A stretch of 57,847 nt of DNA, the filler included, from Dugesia japonica (taxonomy: Eukaryota): the NCBI GenBank assembly GCA_001938525.1. It is 5 parts of 5 records of this genome, joined end to end, with 100 filler letters (N's around TTAATTAATTAA, not from the genome) between each part and the next. Parts side by side here need not be neighbours in the genome. Positions count along the whole stretch, not along the records: positions 46,488 to 57,847 come from MQRL01612265.1; 4 more parts are not named here. One strand, written 5' to 3'. The position numbers and the translations under genes are program-made. Below the pieces are notes generated by a model that made no database searches, was not told the DNA's origin, and saw only the letters and a program-made list of their open reading frames with translations. This document shows positions 48,213-57,847 of the stretch, in pieces. Numbering within the stretch: position 1 is the stretch's first letter; every line of letters begins with the position of its first letter.

Positions 48213-48684
48213 GAGTGTTTCCAAACCTGGGTGATATCGCCAAAAAATGGGCGATCAAAAGGAGTTTATTGTGAATGCCGAGTTAGTGGGCGATAGTGAG
48301 CGACGTAAGGTTAGTTTTATAACTTGTATGCCTCATGAAAGTAGGACATATAAACATTAATATAACATGAATAATACCTCTACCTTTCTTTTTGCATAAA
48401 CATTCGATCAAAAATTGCAAAATTTTGTTTTTTCGTTCACAGTTACCTTACTCCACCTTATAAGTAGTTGGATGCTGCGTTACAACAGTGTTCGCAAAAG
48501 CCCGATGTCATCCTTCTATGGTATTGTTACTTCCTTATTTAACAGTGTGTTAATTCAACAATAACATTACATTTTAATATAGTACTTAATGGTTAGCAGA
48601 AATTAACGAACTTGTATTGGTGGGCGATGAAGTCAGTGCCATATGCCGAAGTGGGTGATGCCGAAAAAAGGTTGGGAAACACTG
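48213..48684. mobile_element. Non-autonomous hAT (Buster/Charlie-type) element, 472 bp
   Basis: TIRs gAGTGTTTCCaAACCT and AGGTTGGGAAACACTG. The 8-bp TSD is CTATATAG (48205-48212) / CTATAGAG (48685-48692), a 7 of 8 match. Subterminal gggcgat repeats. Confidence 0.85.
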
Positions 48685-49714
48685 CTATAGAGATTAAATA
48701 ATTTTAGATTTATTCGTTATCATTTTTTTTTTGAGAACTTAATATAACTCATTATTTCAAGAATATTGTTGACAAAATAGGTAAACAAATTAAAACTAGC
48801 AAATATACATTACGTAACAATATGTGATTTAGGTTATCATATATTTTTAGAATATACTTTTGTGTTTTTGATTGAATAACATTATAATTTCAAGTGTGTT
48901 ACACATAATTAATTGAAATAAATCATTATTGTTTTTCATTTAAATTGTGAATGATAAATTACTCAACGACTTTTTAAACGTTGAAATTTGTACTGTGCTA
49001 TCGATATTATTTTATAGATAATTATAAATGATTGTCAATTGACTTGAGATTTATAATATTTTATAAGAATTTTCACATCACACCATAATGAAATTTTAAA
49101 TTTAACTTCAATTTAAATAATCATATTATTGTTATTATCGATAATATGTATCAGTGAAACCAGGATCAAGGAATTAATAAGTGAAACAATAAAGAAAACA
49201 AAGGCAACTTTATCTTTATAAAGTTTATAATTCCTTTTAATTATTTTTCGTTTAAAACTGAAATATTTTTCTATGCTTTCATAAAATTTCATTAATTAGA
49301 ATGTACTATTGTGTTAAAAATAAAATTAATGCTTCGGAAACACGTAAAATGTTGCCGAAAGTATTTAGTGAAAAACTGTATTCAAGTGACATAGGCTCGT
49401 CATAAAAATTTGTGTATCAATAGAAGATACACATGGTTCTGACTGTCCAACAACATCAATAATTGAAAAAAATGTTAAAGATTAAAAATGTTAATAGCAT
49501 AGCAAGGGGAAAGCGTCATACGACTGTAAGAGAGCCTGCTGAAGATGTTATTATATCAATAAGTTCAGTAAACTTAATTTTAGTTGGTATTTTAGTCTTG
49601 TAGCATTTGAAAACATTATTCCAATATCATTGAATATTTTGCAAAAACAAAGTCGTGTTGATGTTTCTAAAGATATGTTTGAACGAGTGAATAATGATCC
49701 AGCATTCATTCCAC

Positions 49715-50065
49715 CTATTATTATACCGGAGATTAGACTTTAGTTTACGAGTTTGATGTACCAGTAAAACAACACGAAAGTGAATGGTGTGCTGCAAATG
49801 AACCAAGACAGAAAAAAATTCGTCAAACTCATTGCTTTTATGGATTATCGAGGCGTGGTGCTTCATGCATTTTTCGAACAATACAAAACAGTTAATGCAG
49901 AGTATTATTTATAATTTATGCGTCGTTTGCTCGGAGCTATTAGTCAAAAGAGACCAGATTTATTGACAAACAATTCATGGATTTGGCACCACGATAACGC
50001 ACCTATTCATAATGCAAAAATCATTTATAATTTTTTCGATAAAACATTCAACAAATATTGCTCAC
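49715..50065 (+). mobile_element. mariner transposase catalytic-domain fragment
   Basis: TGD*TLVYEFDVPVKQHESEW, AFMDYRGVV, TVNAEYYL, AISQKRPDL and WIWHHDNAPIH. Confidence 0.88.
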
Positions 50066-50074
50066 AAACGCCAA

Positions 50075-51205
50075 TGTCGTATTTTAACCTTTAACTTTAA
50101 ACTCATTAATAATAATTTCATTTTATTTGATAAGCCACCATTTTTATTGATGAATTCAAAAATGCAAAGAATGCAATTTCTTTCGATTAATCTATACGAG
50201 TTAAATGCTACTCGTAATGACAATGGCGCATTCGTCCCGAGGTCCATAAATAAGAATTATGTGCAATGATGGTTTACAAGATTTACAGATGAAGATGAAG
50301 GTCTAACAGATAAAAAAAGATTGTGGACATACATTTGTAGTGAATAATGATAAATTGAACAACTTGATTAAAACCGATTCACGCACAACAATCTGACAAC
50401 TTCCTAAAGTGTTAAATCTAAATCATCCAACAGTTCTGGACCATTTAAAGCAACNGGACAAGGTGAAGATACTTGAAAAATGTGTACCGCATGATTTAAA
50501 TTTAAAAAATATCCACGTTTTGATGTGTGCTCGTCGCGTCTTTTCCAGAAAATAAATGACTAATTTCTGAATGAATCATAATGTGACGTTCAATGAAAAA
50601 TGGATTTTATATGACAATCTTAAGCGTTCAGCACAGTGATCGGACCGCGACCTTATCCCTAAAACACTTTCCAAAACAATAACTTCATCAAAATAAGATT
50701 ATGCTCATCGTTTTGTGGTATGTTGGATGCATTATGACTTTCTGATTTCTTGAGAATCACTTATAAAAGATATGTATTTCCAAGAAATTTAAAAGATGCA
50801 CCAAAAAATGCACAAACTTCGTTCAGAATTGATCAATTAATTATGTTCTATTATTCATCCTGACAATGCGCGACCATATGTTGCATAAATGACAAAAAGA
50901 AAGTTTTATACATTGAGGTAAGAAATTTTGCAGTATCCATCCTCTCACCTACCGATTATCGTATTTTAAAAATCTTTAGCTCTACCTCAAGATAAAATAT
51001 TTAACAACAAATGTGCTGCTTAAAATGCATTCCGACAGTCTATTGAATCCAGAATACCTGTATTCTATACTACTGGGACAAATCAATTTATTCCCCCTGG
51101 GCAAGCAAGTGTCGATGGCAATTGGTGTTATTACAATTAATAAATATTATTTGGATTTGAGTTATTAGAACTTAAAAACTACTTTATTTTCATACTAACG
51201 TAATA
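50075..51205 (+). mobile_element. Second mariner element, nearly full-length transposase pseudogene plus right TIR
   Basis: VQ*WFTRF, CVPHDL (WVPHEL), EKWILYDN, LHQNKIML and DNARPYVA. Ends in a TIR-like ...ttttcatactaacgtaa followed by TA. Confidence 0.88.
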
Positions 51206-52110
51206 TACATGACGGAAAATTATCAAAAATAGAGTGAATGTAATATGAATACAGTTAAAAAAATTCAGAAACTTCAACTAATGTCTGGATATAAGATGCT
51301 ACGAATTTTTCGTCGTGTAAGAGTAATAAGATTTGAAAAATACTATGAAAATGAAGATTATGCCCATAAGTTAATAAATTCGAACAAATTTTAGTTATCA
51401 ATTAATGAATTTTTTAAATTAATTCTCTTTTAAAAAAGTTTTTAATAAAATACATAGTTTTATATAAATATAAGTACAGTAATAACCGTTTATTGTGATT
51501 ATATTTGTCAACTTATAATCTATCCTATTAAAATAGCGATTCTAATAACATAAAGTCAGAAATTTTAAATTCATAAGACGGAACAAGAACGGTCCTTTTT
51601 GAATTTGATTCTATAAAATGCTGATTTTAATAACCAGTGATCACAATATGTAACGCTTATTTTGTAATAAATCTTCTTCAATAATATATTATTTTATATT
51701 TTCCATAATGTTATCAGCTGGTTATTGTTATCAAAAGTTACGAATCCCATAACAGTAATCACGATAATCGGCTTTCACTGTAAATAAAGTATCATTTTTC
51801 AAAAAGCGAAGTTCAATATTTTTATTGTTTAAATTGTTTACGTTATTTTCTTTTTTGGATAAATATAAAAATAATTAAATAAAAATCCCAATTGAAAATA
51901 GGTTATAAAAATTATTTAATTTTTCATCGATGATTTATAAAATCAATGTTTATGTGAGCTTTTAATTTAATTGCCATTATTTTTGTTGACAAATATTGAA
52001 GACTTTGCTTATGCACCTGTTACATTATTTCCCGCTATTCTTTACTTTCCAATATCGCTGAATATTTCTCTATAATAAAATGTAATTTATGTAATCTTTT
52101 TATTTCATAG

Positions 52111-52248
52111 GGTGAACGGCTTTCACATGCAGTTGGTTGTGCGTTTGCAGTCTGTCTCGAAAAGAAACAACAGCGTGAAAAGGAATCTGTTGATGTTACA
52201 TTCAATGAAAATAAGACTAGTTTTACTAGATTAGGATCTTTTAAACAA
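52111..52248 (+). CDS. numb: Internal exon of numb (end of PTB domain and start of NUMB domain)
   Basis: A 138-nt phase-0 exon with tttcatag acceptor and gtatgt donor. It encodes [46 protein letters not shown], matching the conserved Numb [16 protein letters not shown]...TR.GSFR motif. Confidence 0.95.
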
Positions 52249-53648
52249 GTATGTAATTAACAATTATTTCTAATCATACAATTATCATCATTTTGTATGG
52301 TGTAAAATCATTATCAATAATTATAAATTATTATTTATCTATCTATTTATTATTAAAAATTTTATTATTATTATTATTATTATNNNNNNNNNNNNNNNNN
52401 NNNNNNNNNNNNNNNNNNNNNNNNNNNNNNNNNNNNNNNNNNNNNNNNNNNNNNNNNNNNNNNNNNNNNNNNNNNNNNNNNNNNNNNNNNNNNNNNNNNN
52501 NNNNNNNNNNNNNNNNNNNNNNNNNATTATTATTATTATTATTATCTCTAATTTTATTCACACAAAATGAAAAATGCCAATTTCAAAAAATCATTGTTTA
52601 TTCACTGCAAACAATGATAAAATGAAATATGAAAAATTTAAATTTTATTGGACAAAATATTTTCAATTTAATTAAAGTTTATTTGGAGCTTGGAATGTTT
52701 ATTTTATGAAATCAAATGTTTATATAAGTATTACTTCCATTTAATCGTTTCAATATTTTGTATTTATTCTCAGATATATCCAAAATTTTTATTTGAAGAA
52801 ATCTTATTCTGAAGAAAGTGTATTTAATTTTGTTTGATGAAAAATTAATTTAATTTAATTCAGATTAATAAAATAGTATGTATATGAAAACATAACTATG
52901 GAATAATTTTTATTAGTTTTTCATTTTTAAACTGTTTTATTTTTTTAAATATATTTTGAAATGTTTTAGTTTCCTTAACATTAATAAAATTCATTTTCAG
53001 CTTTATAGGTTATCTTTATAGGTTTTCCTTTTATAATTATATTTTTAATTATTCAATGAATAAATGTAAAGATTTATATGATTTTTAGGTTTAATAATAA
53101 TAATAATAATATTAATAAAACATACTAGTAATAATAATAATTCTTAGATGAATTTGTAACACTTATCGTTGCATTTAAAAAACCAACACTTTCCATTTCC
53201 AAAATTTATTCCATTCGCGACAAACCAAACACAGCAAATAAAAAATTTGTCTTTTTCAAACAAATTAAAACATGTATATTCGAAAGTTTATTTCAAAATT
53301 TGTCATTAATTCAGTTTAATTTAATTTTTAATAAATAACGTAAAAAAATACAATAAAAAATATAATTTCGAATAAAATCAGAAATATAATAATTTTATAA
53401 ATTACAATAAAATTTTATTATACATTGTAAATTACAAATTTCAGATTTAACACAAATTATAAATTTTTAATTCGCTTTCTTTAAACACATTTAAAATATA
53501 AAATCTCGTTTTATGTAAATAAAATAAATTTTAAAATTCGTTTGCTTTAAACTGTTAATTAATTAATTTAAAAGTTAAGATTTATTTTACAAACTATTNN
53601 NNNNNNNNNNNNNNNNNNNNNNNNNNNNNNNNNNNNNNNNNNNNNNNN

Positions 53649-53708
<60 letters not shown>
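53649..53708. repeat. (AAT)n microsatellite at a gap edge
   Basis: About 20 perfect units. Similar (ATT)n tracts flank the gap at 52384-52525. Confidence 0.95.
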
Positions 53709-53710
<2 letters not shown>

Positions 53711-56700
53711 GTGGACCTCTTACTAAATTAACCCAAATAATTTTACTTTGGTTATTTAATAATTTGATTCATACTACGTTAACTTTTCGTTTTAATGAAT
53801 TTAATATTTATGGTTTTATTATTAATAGTGCACTTAAATTATAACAATGTTTTTGATTATATTGAAGATCTATTAATCGATAATGAATAATTGGTAAAAT
53901 AACCAAAATATATCAAAATATTGGAGGTTCATATTACAAATTTTTTAAGGGATTTTCCAAACGCTTTAACTACTTTTATTTAATTATTTTTTGATTACTA
54001 ATCCAGAAATATTTGAATAAATTTTTAAAACCAAATTTTTTTTTGCTTTTTTCCTAAAAATCTTATTTTTCTCTATTGAATTTTAGTATATTTTCTTATT
54101 GAATTGCAGTTAATATATAGTTGATATAATTAATATTTATAATTTTTTTGTTGAATTTCTATAATTAGCAGGTATTTAATTTTACGACATCTAAATTATT
54201 GTTACATAATAAATGGTTTTATTGGTTCTTACTAATTTGGATTTTAATTATCTTTATTTCCGGGTGTTGTTTATTAGGAAATATATGTATAATACTTCAC
54301 ACTTGGAATAATTTGTATGTTTGATGTTAGCCGATAACTTTTAATATTTAATTAATTATAGATTTCAGCTTTGATAAGATCCACAAAAAATACAGTTCAT
54401 ATTATTTCAGAAGAAAAATATAATTATTTCTGACACTGTTGATATTTTATAATATCTAAATAATTAATTTTAGTAATAATGGAAAAAAAGTTATCAATCT
54501 ATAAAATCTATATTCAGGTCTCTTGAGACTAAAACTATTGCTTATTTGAGATAAATAATTTACGGGAATCGCTTTGTTGAGAAAGATAAAGAGGTGACAT
54601 CATTATCTTCATTAATTGAAAAAAAAATATATGATTGTTACTTTTGACATTTAAAAAGAACTGAATTAGAACGAGTTCAGTTTTTATTGAATATATTAAA
54701 TTTGTTTACGGAAAAATATTGAAAATTTATTTAATTAAATTGACTGATTTTTGGACTTCATAGTTACTTGAAAATAAATTATTTTTAGAATCAATATCAT
54801 TATTTATTTCAGAAAATGATATTCATTCAAAAGAATTTAATTCTCAGAATAATTATTGTGTTATTTAATATTTATGAATCTCCAAAAATCAGAAAAAATC
54901 ATTGCTGGTCTGTTATTTGAACTTTTAGATGTTACAGCTATCATGCAAGGAATCTCTGGGAGTAGAGTATATTTACTAATTTGTTAAATTAACGTTTTCG
55001 GTTTTTCGGTTATATTGACAATCGTGAAGCGAATCCATAACCCTAATCAGTTTAACGAGAGAATGAATAGGCAAATCAAAATTGAGTATATCTCATAATT
55101 TTTATCAACTTTCATTTCACAATAATAAAAATTAGGGTATTTAAATAAGAATTCTGTATACAGAGTACAACAATAATGAAACGACACCGGATAACAGGAT
55201 GAAATGTTGTTCATAATTGTTTACTTTCAGGGTTAATGTGGATTATCTGCGTTCGCGGAGTATATAGAAATATTTTTACTCAACTAACAATTTAATGCGG
55301 GGTATATTTTTGGGGGATATTTGTGTGTGTGGGGACTGTATATTGCGGTATTATTGCATTTTAGTTATTGATAAAAAAAGTTCGATATTTTTGTTTGATT
55401 AGTATTGAAAATATGTTCATAAAATAATATTTTCGATTTTTCTACTTTTCTTAGATTTAAAATTCATGTATTCATAAGAGTTCGTTGTTGATTCATTTCA
55501 CGACTTTCCAATATATATATATATTTTCTAAAGACTTTTTTTATCTAAGAAAGTTCATAAGTAGAAAATGAATAATTTGTATTTAAAATTTGTANTTTTT
55601 TCAAAATATTTTTTTAAAGATTAATTGGGATAAAGTTTTGAAAATATATTTCATTTATCAATTTATAATTCAAATCATAATTATTCAATTTCTTTATTTA
55701 AAGTTTTAAAAACTGCAGATTTAGAATTATTGCGCATGTGTAACACCAAGAATTACAAACGTTTTATCTTGATTCGACAGTTTAAGTTTTAAAAAAGCAC
55801 TATTTTAATTTAAGGTTAAGTGCATGGTTAAGGTAATATTTTATTCCAATGTAACTTACTATATTATTGTTTTACAATTGCAATTTTTACGAGAATAATT
55901 GTTGAACGTAACCATTGATCGTTTTATAGAATTCATTTAATATAAAAGCTTCGATCAAAATTTGGTTTTTTTGGTTTTTGATAACAATTCTATTTTTCGA
56001 ATGTCTTCGTCAGGAATAGACGTTTATCGATTACATTACAAAAGTCAATTCCTGACGAAGACAAAGTCGAAATATAGAATTGTTATGAAAAACCAAAAAA
56101 ACAAAATTTTGATCGAAGCTTTTATTTTAAATGAGTACTATATTGTTTTTGAAATCGCTAATTTTCTAAGATTTTTTTTATTTATATTCACAGATTTTTA
56201 GAATAATTTAACAATAAATTAATGCTAATGTGAAGTAATTTTTACTTATAAAAATGTTTAAGTGGTTTAAATTTATGGTTATTTGGACGAGATATTTCTA
56301 TTTAATTTCTGATACAGTCGTAATTTTATCGATTACATTACTAGTCAATCAAATATTATTAATGATAACGTGTATTATCACTTTGATATAACTTGAAATT
56401 TGGCTTGAATTCACAAAATATGAAATCAATCGCAAAATACGTGCTTAAAAAGAATTGATAATAATTTTTCAATCTATATTGTTAATTTATATTTACATTT
56501 TTATTAGAATATCTGATCAGGAGAAATTTAATAATTCAAAGAGATATGTTGGCAAAAAATTTATAAATCCGAAATCCAAATGATGTACATTATCAAAATA
56601 ATTAATTAAATGACAAATTATTGTCTATTCAAATTAAGCATTTTTAAATATTCTCATGGAAAACTTTCTGATAATTCATTGTTATTGGTAATTTCCTGAA

Positions 56701-57847
56701 AAATATTGCTTATTAGTCTTTTAAAAAATCTTATAATTGCAATTAGTGAGAGAATAGTTGTTGCACTTAACCAATTAATGCATGAAGGAACATTTCAAGT
56801 AAATAGAAAGTGAACGTCTGAAACACTTTCAACACAATCATAACTATGTACCAGAGCAAATTCATATAACTTGGAAAATACTAGGAATAGACTACATTTC
56901 CACATTTCATAGGAAGAAACATAAAGAATTACTAATACAAGATAAACATAAAACAATGTAATTTATAATAATTAAAATAAATTAATCAATTAACATTTAA
57001 TAAAAATAAAATAAATTCCAAAAATTGTTCTATTACTAGAATAAACCTTTAATAAATCAAAAAGTTAAATCTTACTCTTGGTAAAAGTCGAAAATTCGAA
57101 ATATTAACAACTAAAATATATATACAAAAACAACATTTTGATCGAAGTTTTTAATTTAAAGAGATTTTTACAAAATCAATATTTACATAATATTAAAGTT
57201 ATAAAATAAAAATTAAATAAAATATTTTTGCAGTTGTTTTGCTTTCATTAGAGTCAGTAGCATACTTAATCATATTTCCAGTAAATATTACTCAATCTCG
57301 CACGGTAACCTTCCCTGATTCTGATCAATTCGAATTTATTCGTGCATTATCAGTAAATTAAAATATTAGAAAATTAAATTAACAAAATTTCTTAAAGTTT
57401 TAGTTATTCAACAGTGTAAGAAAATGAAATGACGTTATTTTTTCTTTTTAATCCCTCCAAATTTTCTTTGACAAGAATCTGTCAAAATTTATTAAGTTTC
57501 TTAATTTTTATTGTCTACCAAAATAATAAAGCAATATTTTTGTCAACTTTCAAAATAATTTTCACTGTATAAATTATAGCGAAAAAAATATTAATAAAAA
57601 ATTCTAAATTTTGCCAGTTTTTTGTATTATTTCCCCAAAATATGCTATTTCAAGTTTTTGATGCAAAATATTTGAAAAACTATTTAAATTACATACACCA
57701 ACACCTCACTTTGCGACGATAATTGGTTCCAAAACAAATCATCGTAAGCAAAACGTCGCAACTCGAAATAACATTTTATATGAAAATATACTAAAACATT
57801 AATTATCCGTTCCAATGCTAAATTAAAACGGTTTTTTCAAAAAAAAA

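Noticed and set aside
52293-52625. Poly-Leu and poly-Asn ORFs
   Set aside because: They are translations of (ATT)n microsatellite and N gaps.

Overview
Very AT-rich eukaryotic (invertebrate) draft sequence made of five unrelated scaffolds joined by artificial 100-bp linkers (44N-TTAATTAATTAA-44N): A 1-13657, B 13758-24587, C 24688-33502, D 33603-46387, E 46488-57847. Almost everything is decayed mobile DNA. A holds two fused Ty3/gypsy retrotransposons on the minus strand. One carries about 3 kb of extra, broken coding sequence, including a C3HC4 RING with RNF10/Mag2-like flanks, between its integrase and a PPT-like motif. B has no recognisable TE enzyme. It holds four diverged ~2-kb cassettes that share a promoter with near-exact spacing (CCAAT x4 at 69-70/50-51/38 bp, two MEF2-type sites, TATA) in front of poorly alignable, broken bodies, plus compact orphan ORFs. 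C and D hold Polinton/Maverick remnants (c-integrase, a pX-like GG-hydrophobic peptide, two pPolB N-terminal regions, four AGTAG termini, and TF-site arrays), together with satellites, a mariner fragment and a third gypsy. E holds one exon of the host gene numb plus a hAT MITE and mariner relics. The low GC, ~45-50-nt introns and (AAT)n tracts would fit a planarian-like host, but that is inference only. All homology calls come from motif recognition by eye; no searches were run.
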